A DNA stretch of 64,000 bases from Basidiobolus meristosporus CBS 931.73 (lineage: Eukaryota > Fungi > Basidiobolomycota). Below the pieces are notes generated by a model. It saw only the letters and a list, made by a program, of their open reading frames with translations, had not been told where the DNA came from and ran no database searches. A program made the translations under genes and the position numbers. Within the stretch, counting starts at the first letter, position 1. The number at the start of each line of letters is the position of its first letter. Of this stretch, positions 11,289 to 22,479 are shown piece by piece. The stretch lies in NCBI GenBank assembly GCA_002104905.1, contig MCFE01000157.1, positions 1-64,000 on the forward strand. The letters run 5' to 3'.

Positions 11289-12403
11289 TGTGTCAGCGTG
11301 TATGTGAGGAAATCAGGAAGCAGAAGCAAAAAATAATTAGATCGGAAAACCGGGAACCCAGTATCGATGGTATCTATGTGTATTAATTTGTGCTGATGAA
11401 ACTGAAGAAACCAGGGCAAGGTATTTATACGATTCGTTAACCGCAATCGTGGGGCGGGTTAACCAATAGTTAATCAATGGGGACGCTTAGAATGGTAGAA
11501 GGTTGGATATCAAATCAAATCAAATCAAATCCTTTCTGAATCTGGAGACTTTGTCAGAACTCTTATCTATATCCGAAAAATACTGGTTTCCATGCCTAGA
11601 ACCACGTTTCCCCAGTTAGATATTCGGAAGCAAAGTCCCCCGATTTGGTCATTGTAGGTCAATGTTTATTGCTCAGGGTGGTGGAAGGTGATATGTCAAT
11701 GTTGGTTCGCCCATCTGACAGGTTACGTCTTTGCGAGCATTCAATTGTAAAGTTGGACAACATGGAGCGGGTCTCGTAATTCATCACAAGGTGCACGTGA
11801 ATGATATGGTTTGAGAGTCTCCTCTTATAGAATTCTTATTGTCTGGTGTGATCGTCACCTTTAGCAGGATAGTTGGGACTCCACAGTATTTCCATTGGCT
11901 TCGGGGGTCCTCTCACATATAGTAATTCCTACATTATTTCTCCATTTGTCCCTGCACCGCTGCCCATTTTGACACTTGGATATAAAGTGAAATACTCCCA
12001 CTCCAACTTTATCATCTTCCATTTGAAATAACGTTCACAATGGCTATATCAGTCGGCATAGAGTAGCTAACACCAGGTCAAGATTACATACATACAAGCA
12101 TTCCCGGAGTTACTGCAAATGGGGCTTCGGCCAATTGCACCCATATCTGGGATGTAGGTCCTGATTAATAAGCCGAAGAGCACCACCTGAATGAATACTA
12201 AATGAAGCTAGCCGACGTGGTCGAACTGGTTAAAATGGATCCGTTTAGGTATCAGGTCGTAACGGTTCTGATCGTGGTAAGGTTAGGGTTTTGTGGCTTT
12301 TAAGGTCTAACAACTGGCTCAGGACAACCTGATCATGTGCTATAGATAGGCTTTCCATCAGTAACCCCGACCCTAATCAGGTTTGAATGTTGTTTAGGTT
12401 AAT

Positions 12404-12564
12404 GATTGTATGTCTGTTAAATTCGGTTAGCTAAACAACGTCCAATTGTATATTTGTTAGACTCTGTTAGCCAAGCAATGTTCAATTGTACATTTGTTAA
12501 ATTCGGATAGCTAAACAACGTTCAATTGTATACTTGTTAAATTCGGTTAGCTAAGCAACATTCG
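12404..12564. repeat. 40-bp tandem minisatellite, about 4 copies
   Basis: Units starting at 12411, 12451, 12491 and 12531; consensus TA(T/C)TTGTTAAATTCGGTTAGCTAAACAACGTTCAATTGTA; exact 40-bp period with no spacers. Confidence 0.9.
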
Positions 12565-12677
12565 TGCCAGCACTTATGAATACTGCTCAACAAAAAGATA
12601 GAAATAGGTAACGATAAACAGATGCTCGAAGAGAGGGCTTTATTAGAAAATAAGTGGAACATTAGACAATGTATCCT

Positions 12678-12947
12678 TTATTTATCGGAGGTGGGGGCAG
12701 GGTTCATTCTGCGCTTGCCACCAATAAGGTTGGTGACGTTGACGAAACGACGGTTGTATTGGATTCTCTTCTTGGCACGACCAGTCTTCTTCTTCTTCTT
12801 CTCTTGCTTCTCAACCTTGGGGCATTGAGACTTAACCTTACCGGCACGAGCGAGGGAACCGTGAACTTTACCCTAAACACGCAGAAGGTCAGGTTAGGAT
12901 TCGATGGATGGAAGTAACGGAGACCCAGGATTCGGCCCACTTACCAT
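12678..12947 (-). CDS. RPS30: 40S ribosomal protein S30 (eS30); first exon is the ATG only
   Basis: M|[64 protein letters not shown]; ATG followed by a GTAAGT intron. Confidence 0.97.
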
Positions 12948-13233
12948 GATGAAAAATCAAGTAAAGGATTTGAAAGAAAGAAACGATTCTCCCGCACCAC
13001 CTCAACTATATTCTTCCCAACACCCCCCAGATCCCTATCCAATCATCTACTGGGTGATCCCCTTTTTTTTCAAAGTCCAGCATTTGGTAGATTCTCCACA
13101 TCGTCGATGTTATGAAAAAATCCGGAGCCCAGACCAATCAGAGGCTCCCCTCGTAGGTGAAAAAAAGCGGACCACTTCGCAACGAATTTTCGATGTTTTT
13201 TAGGGAGCGAATGGGCGAATCATGCAGGCCCCT

Positions 13234-13243
13234 AAAATTTTCA
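13234..13243. promoter_or_regulatory. RRPE-like element in the RPS30/eIF1A bidirectional promoter
   Basis: AAAATTTTCA (reverse complement TGAAAATTTT) lies in the 362-bp gap between two divergently transcribed translation genes; function is inferred only. Confidence 0.35.
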
Positions 13244-13309
13244 GTTCAAGTAGTGGCCTAACAACTAGTTGGGTGCTTTCTTCTTGTTAGCTATTAATTG
13301 AACTTCACT

Positions 13310-13970
13310 ATGCCCAAGAATAAGGGAAAGGTAACTGCCTTCGGTGTTGCTACCTAGTCGCCTCCCGTATTCACCAATCCTGCTTATTTAGGGAGGAAAA
13401 AACAGACGTAGAGGAAAGAATGAGAGTGAAGGCGATAAGCGTGAGCTTGTCTTCAAGGAGGAGGGCCAAGGTAAACAGCAACGCTCATCACTAGACCTCA
13501 ACATCACCTGCTGAACTTCGTGTATTGCACAGAGTACGCTCAAGTCGTGAAGATGCTCGGTAACGGTCGTATTGAAGCACAGTGTTTCGACGGTGAGAAG
13601 AGATTGGCACACATTCGTGGAAAGATGAGAAAGAAGGTCTGGATCAACCAGGGTGATATCGTCTTGATCTCTCTTCGTGAATTCCAAGACGACAAGGCCG
13701 ACGTTATCTTGAAGTACAACGCTGACGAAGCCAGAAGCTTGAAGTCATACGGTGAACTTCCCGAATCAGGTATAGCAATTGTCCAGCAGATTTGGCGCTA
13801 CTGCGTAGTATGCTAACCACGCTCCACTTCCTAGCCAAAATTAATGAAACTGAAACCTTCGGACCTGAGGATGATGAAATCGACTTCGACTTCGAAATTG
13901 ACGATGTAAATGCTCTTCATTCCTCGCTTGCCATTGTACCTTTACTAACCTTCTTAATCCACAGATCTAA
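13310..13970 (+). CDS. TIF11/EIF1A: Translation initiation factor eIF1A, 5 exons
   Basis: [137 protein letters not shown]. Confidence 0.96.
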
Positions 13971-14185
13971 TCTGCTTCATCTAATCAAGCTGCTTCATTA
14001 TAAACAACCTGTAATCACTATTTCCTGAAGTTTGTAACATTTAATAGTTTTTTGAATAAAACTGACAAGGAAGACGTGTATGTTATGTAACATTTAATGG
14101 TATTTTGGATAAAACTGGCATTGGAGAGCGTGTATGTTATGTACTGTTTATTCGGGTTAGTGTATAGATTTACATTGGGAGAGGA

Positions 14186-17100
14186 TTACGGACGTTCGCT
14201 GGCGAAGCTCTTCTCTGATTCATCATCCCGGATCGAATCAATGCTGAATGATGGACTAGAAACAGGACTGGTGGCGGAGAACATGGACATCAATCGGGAA
14301 GAGGAGGATCGAATTGACCCATCTTTTTCACGAAGCGAGCCGTAGGGGCTTCTGGGGGTGTTGATGGCGCGATCCAAGCGATTCTTAAGCTTTTCGACCT
14401 CCCGTTCCAGGCGAGCAGCACGTTCGCGCTGTTCGTTGGCTTCCCGCTCGGCACGACGTTTGGCCAGCTGAAGGTTGTTCTCGGAGGTCTCAAGCTCCTC
14501 GGTTTGGGTTCGGAGCTTGTCGAATCGATTCTTCAAGCGCAAGTTCTCCTCTTCAACTCGACTGATGCTCTTTTCTCTATCGGCCAGTTGATGCTGAAGC
14601 TCACGGATGGTACGTTCCGTCTTGCGAGCTTGACGCATGGATTCGCTCTTCTCTCTAGCCTCTGTGCTCAAAAGACTGGTCAAATCTCCAATACGAGAGC
14701 CCACTGCGGCATGTCTGCTACTCTGTGAGCTGGTTTCCAACTCGACAATGCGGAGGTTTAAGGCGTTCACTTGCTTTTCAAGTGCAAGCTTGGAGCGTAG
14801 AAGCTCCGAGTTGGCGTCACGCTCTTTGGATAGTTCGCTCTGGGCTTCAGCAGCCGCCAACTCAGCCTTGCGCATTTTATCGTCGGCTTCCTCAACCTTC
14901 TCGTGTTGCTCCTCGAGCTGTTCGCGAAGGGTCGAGATTTCCTGGTCCCTGGAGGTAAGGGATCTCTGAATTGTCTGTCGAGTCTTGGAGATCTCGCTGA
15001 CCTCTTCGTCGAATTCCTCCAATCGCTGCTCAAGGCTCTTCTTGGTCTTTTCAAGCAAGAGGCGCTGGCTCTCTGAATCCTCTAGAGAGATGCGAGTATC
15101 GCGAAGTTGGATGGAGAGGGTGTTGACTTGGCGTTGAAGGTTGTCTTGAAGAGCTGTAGCCTCGTGGTAGTATTTGGTAATCTCGGCTAGCTTCAATTCT
15201 TTACGATCGGCCTCCTTCTTCCAATTCGATGCACCTCCTAGCTCTTCCTCAAGACGCACGCTGAGGTCTTCTACCTGTGCCTCAAGGTTGTGGCGGATCT
15301 CTCGTAGTTGGATGACATTGGCACGCTCCTCTTCCAGATCGCCGGTGAGCTGGCTCAGCTCGTTTTGGTACTTGCTTCTCATGGAATTCAGATCGCTCTC
15401 GAGCTCCTCGATTTCCTTACGATACCTGTCACAGGCCATCTCAAATTCCTCCTGAAGACGTTCCTTGACCATACTGATGTCAGCGTACTCCATAGCTTCC
15501 TCGTCCATCTTCGCTTGTAGATTAAGTATCTGCTCCTCCAGCAGTTTCACCGAATTCTCGGCAACTTGGCGGTCGTGTAGAGCATTTTCAAGAGTGCTTT
15601 CCAGTTCCTTCAAGTGGGCCTTCAGGTTGGATTCGCTCTTTTGAGCCTTTAGCAGAGCCATCTCCGCAGCTTCCATTCGACTGATAGCCTCTTCATACCT
15701 AGAGCGGTAGGTTTGGTTTGCTTCTTCCAGCTCGGTGGCCCTGGTGCGTTCAGTCTCTAATTTCATGAGCGCCTCCTTAAGCTCCGTGCTGGCCTGTCGA
15801 CGGGCAGATGCTTCGGCAGTTTTGGAAAGGTATTCGCTCTCAAGGCGGTTCTTCAGTTCCAGTATCTCGTCTTGAAGAGCTTTCTTCTGTTTGTCGAAAT
15901 TGCCCATATCACCCTTTCGGTCTTCAAGCTCTTGTTGCAGCAATCTCATGGTAGCCATGGCTGCCCGGCGGCTTTCTTTCAGGTTCTCGATCTCGCCCTC
16001 CATCTCCTCCCTGACCTTGTTCTTGACGTTGCTCATCTCGATATCGCGCTGAACCACCTCCAGATTGGCGCGTGCTTCTTGCTCTTCAGCCAGTTGTTCT
16101 TGAAGGATTCGGATCTCCTTTTCCAGCTGGATTTTCTGCTGGATCAGGGATTCTTTGGAGTCGTCTCCGCCATGAAGCTCGAACTCGAGATCCTCGATAC
16201 GAGCTTCCATCTGGCGTTTCTTGAGCTCAAGTTCCTCCACACGGTGCTCCAGTCTTTCCACTTCAGTTTGAAGGGAGTTCGATTTGCTCTCAAGACGAAC
16301 CGATAGCTCCTCAAAGTTCTTGCGAAGTCTCCCTTCGGCCTCCAGTTGCTTATGAAGGTCTCGAACATTGCTCTCGGCGATCTTCTTGGCCTGCTCCAAA
16401 TCGGATTTCGACCTTTCGGATGAATCGGCATTCATGGCAAGTTCCTGAAGCTCGGCCTCGAGTTTCTTCTTGGCCTTCATGAGCTCCTGCTTGTTGGCAA
16501 TCTCATCGTCCAGACGCTCACCCAAGGAGTTCACCTCTTGGAGAAGAAGCTGTCTTGTTTCCTCCATTTGGCTCTCTTTAGCCTTCAGGTTGGATTCCGA
16601 CTTTTCCTTGTACTCGTCAAACTGCTCTTCCAAACGACGTCGAAGGTCTTCGGCCTTGCTGCGGGCATTGGCTTCTTCGCTCAATTGTGCTTGCATCTCC
16701 TCAACCTTCGTTTCCAAACGACGTTTCGTTTTCTCAAGCTCGTGGATGTTTTTGCCGCCCACCCCGATCTCGTCGACCAGGCCTCGTAGCTCATTTTCGA
16801 GGTCCTTTTTGCTGCGCTGGACATTGGCGATCTGCTGGTTCTTTTCATCGAGCTCCGTTTGGAGGGTTTCAAGTGAGGATTGGAGCTTGCGGGCGTTCGA
16901 GTCGGCCAGTTCGCGTTGCTGACGCTCGCTCTCCAGCTGTAGGTTGACGCTGTTGAGCTGCGACTCGAGTTGCTTGGACATCTTCTCCGCGGCCCGGGCC
17001 ACGCTGTTTTTGCCTTCAATTTCGAATTTGAGATCCTCGATTTCTTCGGTTAGGCGGGATTTCGATTTCTCGAGGTTGGAGCATTGTCTTTGAAGGTCGT

Positions 17101-20100
17101 CGGCGAACGCTTGGAGGGTGGTCAATTCCTTCTCGGACTTACGCGCGGTCTCCAATAGCTCTGCATTCTTCTCAACTGCTTCGGATTGATACTTATCCTG
17201 AAGTTGATCGAATTCCGCACTCTTGGATGTTAGTCGGCGCTGAAGATCCGCTTTAGAGGCCTCCACTTCCTCCAGACGAGCTTGTGTGTCAGCCAACTCC
17301 ACATCAAGCTTTTTCTTGGATAGCTCCAGGGAATTCTTCCGACGCGCCTCTTCCTCCAGTCCTTGGTTCAATGAATCAAGCTGGCGCTGGAAGTTGTTTC
17401 TTTCACGCTCCAACTTGGCAATTGTTGTCTCGTGTTCCTCGACTCGAGCGGCGACACTAGAGTAATTCTCATCCAAAGCCTTCTTTGCATTGAGAGTCTC
17501 GTCAGAGAAGATTTGGAGCTCGGCATATTGGTCGGATACAGTTTGTAGCTCAAACTCGAGCTGTCTCTTGGCTTTATCCAGCTCGCTGTGCTTCCTCTCG
17601 TACTCCTCAAGCGTGGCCTCAAGTTCGCCAATTCTCTTTTCAAATGAGGTTTTATGCTTGGCCAAAAGATCGTTCTCTTGCTTGATTTCCTCTAGCTGCT
17701 TCTTGAGGTTGTCCACTAGCTGGGTATTCTTGTGTCTGTTCTCTTCGAGCTCGGCTTGGCACGATTGAAGCTGTTCCCTGAGATCGGAGAGCTCAGCGTC
17801 ACGAAGACGGCGACTCTCGCTTTGCTTCGTCTCTTCGTCTAGCTTGGTTTCGACCAAAGTATGCAATTCATGAATCTCGGACTCGAGCTTGCTCTTCTGC
17901 AGATTGACCTTCTCTCTTTCCAAGCGCTCGTTTTCCAGCTCACTTTCTAAGGTTTCGATGCGAACAAGTATCTCACGACGTTGCTTGTCGACAGCCACTC
18001 TGTCTGAACTTTCATTCTTTAGTTGCACTTGCAGCTCCGCAAGCTCGGCCTCTTTCTTCTTGAGTATCTGTTGGGCTTCTTCGCGATGATTCACAAGCTC
18101 GGTAAGCTCCGATTTGGCAAGCTTGAGCTCCCCTTCAAGTTGTGCACGCTTTTGAGCAAGCTCGGTTTTCTCAGCAACTTCCTTCACCAACTTCTCCTCC
18201 AATTCAGTGATGGCAGACTGAAGTTTGGTCTTGACTTTAAGAAGCTCTCCCTCCTTGTCTTCGTTACTCTCTACGATCTTCTGTAGCTCAAGAAGTCGGC
18301 TCTCTACCAGCTTACGATCGCTCATCAATTTCTGAACCTGCTCTGTTTCGGATTTAAGGTCGGCTTGCAAGTGTGCGATCTCATCATCGCGGAGGGATTT
18401 TTCCTTCTCGAACCTCTCCAGCAACACACCACCCTCGTCAAGTCGCTCGCGAAGGGTTAACATCTCCTGCTCTAGGTGAAGTCTGGCCTCGGTGGCTTCC
18501 TGGTACTGAAGCTCTATGTCTTTTAGCTCAGAAGTAACCTCGGTGAGTTCCTCCTCCAGTTCAGCCTCACGTTCCTGGGTTCTTCGGAGGATTTCCTCCT
18601 TATCCATAGCAACATTCCGCTCGGAAGTGAGCAACTCCTCCACTTTTCTCATCTCATTCTCCAGTTGAGTTTTGACCTTGACAAGGTGCTGTCTTTCTTC
18701 TTCTTCGTGGACCACCTTGACCTCAAGCAGCTTGATCTGCTCCTCCTTTTTCTTGAGCTCCTCGTCCACGCGAGTGACATTTAGCAGTGGCTTCACCTTG
18801 GAGTAAAGCTTCCACCAAGGCCATTCCCGAAGTTTCACATAGATACGAGCATTCTTCTGAATGATTTGAATGGCCTTCAGTTGATCACTCTTGCGATGGA
18901 AGAATTTCCTCGCCAAAAAGCCACGGCATAGCGCTTGGAAGTTGGTGACGATCTTGGACAGCTTCTCGTCTCGAACGTTCTCCATTTCTGCGAGTACGCC
19001 AGCCCTGAAGAACACCTTGCTGGTACCAATACGATACTGGTTCTTGTCCAGTTGGATCGACTCGAGAAGTCGATGGGATGCCGTTTTCCCGTCCATGAAT
19101 CCGCGGGGGATAACGTTGGGGGCAAGAATCTCGTAGCGCTGACGGAACTCGGAGAACGGCAATCGGTTGGGGAAACCTTGTCGAACGATACGGATCCCCT
19201 CCAACACACCGTTGCAACGGAGCTGCTCCAGTACAAGCGGGGTTTGGAATTTCCCGGCTTTCTTCTCCTCATTGGGAAGAATACAACGGACGAAGTGTGG
19301 CTCGGTGGAGTAGAGCTGCTTCATCAAAATTGACAATTGTTCCTTGTGGCGCTGTGCTACAGTCCGGAAAGCGCCCTTCTTTGCACGGTTTCTGGTGGAG
19401 AAGTCGGAGTTGACTCGAAGAGAATCCTTGAAGAGGGAGGCAATGTACTTGTCTGTAGAGTGGGCCAATAGTTGGGTGATGTTCTCGTTGAGAGGGTCCT
19501 TGTTTTTGTCTAACCAGCCCTCTGTAGAATATTCAACCTTGGATGCATAGTGATGAAGGATGAAGCCTTGTTTGAAGCGGGGAACCTCGTACTTGGAGGA
19601 TTTCCCTTGCCAGAGCCCATGCAGCTTCTCGGTGAATGTTTTATCGGTGGCCTTTGGAACGATACACTCCTCATCCAAACAAGAGAGAATGCCGACAGGG
19701 TTGGCCTTCTCAATCAGCTCGATGGTAGGCTGAAGGTCCAAGCCGAAATCAATGAACTTCCAATCGATGCCCTCCCGCTTGTACTCTTCCTGCTCCAACA
19801 CAAACATGTGTTTGTTGAAGAACTGCTGCAACTTTTCGTTGGTGTAGTTGATGAACAATTGCTCGAGGTCATTGATCTCGAAGATTTCGAACCCGGCAAT
19901 ATCCAGAACACCGATAAAGGTGGTTTTGCTGCCGGGTCTTTCGAAGGCCACGTTGATCCGCTCGATCAACGAATCAAACATCCGCTCGAAAATAGTACGA
20001 GCCAACGCTTCGATCGAATACACCACCTGCGCCACTGTTCTGGCCTGGACTACCCAGTCACGGCCGGCCAACATCTTGGGCTTGAGGAGGCTCTTGATGA

Positions 20101-21506
20101 ATTCAGCGACTGGAATGCCAAGGACATGGCAGAGCTTCTCGGGGATCGAAGTCTCGACTAGCTGGGCCTGCTCGTCGCGACCCGAGGAGAGCTCGATGTT
20201 GCCGAGATGCAAGATCGAGGCAATCGCCCTGAAAAGAGAGAGCTGCTCCTCCTCGCTGAAGCCCATGATGTCCATGGACTCCTGCAAGAGCTTGAACTCG
20301 GCCACGTCGTCGACGCCGTCAATGTCTTTTCTGGAGTTCTTGGTGAAGTTGTAATCATTGAGGGTGCCTTCGATGAGGAACTTGTCCTTGATGGCTTGAG
20401 GGGCCCCCTTCATGAACTGGTAGAAGATATGGTAGTTTCTCTCCTTGGAGTTTTGCTGAGTGATGCGAGACTTCTCAAGCACATAGCGTTCGATGTTGGC
20501 CCCGGCGATATGGCCAGCGCTGTTGAACTCGATTCGAATGAATTTGCCCTGTCGACTGTTGGTGAGCAGGGGCAGACTGTGGGACCAAGTGGAACTGTAC
20601 TTACGAATCGAGAGGAGTTGTTGTTGCGGATTGTTTGAGCATTACCAAATGACTCCAGAATAGGATTGGCACGCAAAATCTGCTGCTCCAATGAGCTGCT
20701 GAGGTTTCCTTGATTTCTATCGGTGGCGATGGCCGTCAGATACTGGATGACCTTCTTGGTGTTTTCTGTTTTGCCGGCACCAGATTCACCACTGGGTTCG
20801 AAAGGTTAGCTTGGATGCAGGGGACTCGTCTGCCGGCTGAGGTACTTACGTGATAAGAATCGACTGGTTCTCCTTATCCTGAAGCATATCATAGTATGCC
20901 GAGTCGGAGATGGCAAAAATGTGAGGCGGCATATCATTTCGCTTCTTGTTCTTATACGACTTGACAATCTGGTCACTGTAGATTGGGAGTCTGTAGTAAG
21001 GGTTGACAGCAACCAAGAAGAGCCCGGAATAAGTCTGCGAATGCCAGGTTAGTTAGCACAATGGCCGCTTGGAACAAGCATGGCTAGCAGACGGAACATA
21101 CGTAAATTAAATTAGAGTGGTATCTCAGACGAAGATTATGTACAACTGAGGCTTCATTTAAATAAGCGAGATCGGCCATATCTTCGACTTTATCGAACTT
21201 CGGAGGGTTCATCTTCTCGGTTGCGTTGACGTTTATTTTGCGGACCTGCACAGCAAGAAAGTCAGTCGACGCCTGCTCAACACTCAGCCCCTAGCCATAC
21301 ACTACCTCATCGTTATTCAAATGCACTTCAACTTGGTCGCCATCTTGTTTCGTAATGTAACCAGCAATGTAGCCTTCTTGCTCATCTTCAACCCAGACCC
21401 ATTTCTTCTCGGCAAAAGCAGAATGGGCAACCGCGTCAGCCACGCCGACGTTGGATACTCTCTCCAAAGCAACAAGGGGATTGTCAGATGGCTGGGTAGC
21501 AACCAT
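14186..21506 (-). CDS. MYO1/myo2: Type II myosin heavy chain (SH3-like N-terminus, motor domain, IQ, ~1300-aa coiled-coil tail), several 5' introns
   Basis: [13 protein letters not shown]-terminal motif, [14 protein letters not shown]-loop (about 20750-20790), [59 protein letters not shown], long heptad tail. Confidence 0.97.
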
Positions 21507-22120
21507 TTGTGAGAGATGGAGGAAATGTACAGGACAAATTTACAAAAAAGCTCAACCTATGAGTTAGTATCGAATACAGTAGGAAGAAGAAGTAGAAGAA
21601 GGTTCACTCTGCGTTCAGTACAGAGATAGTGTAGTCTGGAACGGCTGAGGAGCACAGAATACGGCTTAACTCTCTCCAAGTGTCGCAAATCATTAAATGG
21701 CACATTAATCTAGCAGCTGCACAAAGGTGACGAATAATATGTAAACAAAAGCAAATGGAATTCAATAATTGGTGGGTTCTTGGAATGCCAATTAATGGAA
21801 TAAATAATACGATGATGCCTTTGTTTTGATCCATTTCTAGGCAATTATTGGGAATTTATTGGGAGTCGCAATAAATAAGCGCAATAAATGATTGCTGATT
21901 ACTGAAATAGCAATCGGTTGCTCATGGAAGCTTCACTGGCGATAACGAACGAGTGTTGACGATTTCCTCACCAATGGGCCATCTCGAAAATACCGGCAAT
22001 CGAAGCCTCATCAGCATTGGATCGCACGGGCTGGCCGGGAGGGGGTCAATTAGGTTTGGTGGCGACTCGGCTTAAACTTGGGGTTAGCGTATGCATGTTT
22101 CAACCAATGCAGCGAACGAG

Positions 22121-22200
22121 TGACTAAAATTAGGCAGACGGTCAGAATTTAAGCTCCGTGCGGAAAGCCTGACTAAAATTAGACGGACGGACCGAATTCC
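22121..22200 (+). repeat. ~30-bp direct repeat (period 49) in the myosin/PPR divergent promoter
   Basis: TGACTAAAATTAGGCAGACGGTCAGAATT at 22121 and TGACTAAAATTAGACGGACGGACCGAATT at 22170. Confidence 0.6.
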
Positions 22201-22479
22201 AGTTAAATTAGGACAATTTGGGCGGAGAACTCGATCCGGCACTTCATCAGCGCAACCTCCATCGAACAGATGATGCAATCCCGAAATTCAGTCAAAGTGG
22301 AGCCCCAAAACTTCAGAGTGGAGAAAAAAACGACGGATTCGAGGCTGAAAGTTTTGGTGAAAAAATCCACGGGATTTCACACTCAGACTACCAGTTAATC
22401 TCTAGGAAGGTATAATACGAAGCATAATTTACGTTACTTTGAACTTGGGCTGTCCAATGCCGCTTTGAATGCTGGGACC

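Noticed and set aside
12404-12564. CRISPR-like array
   Set aside because: Units are directly abutting 40-mers with no unique spacers, there are no cas genes, and the context is eukaryotic.
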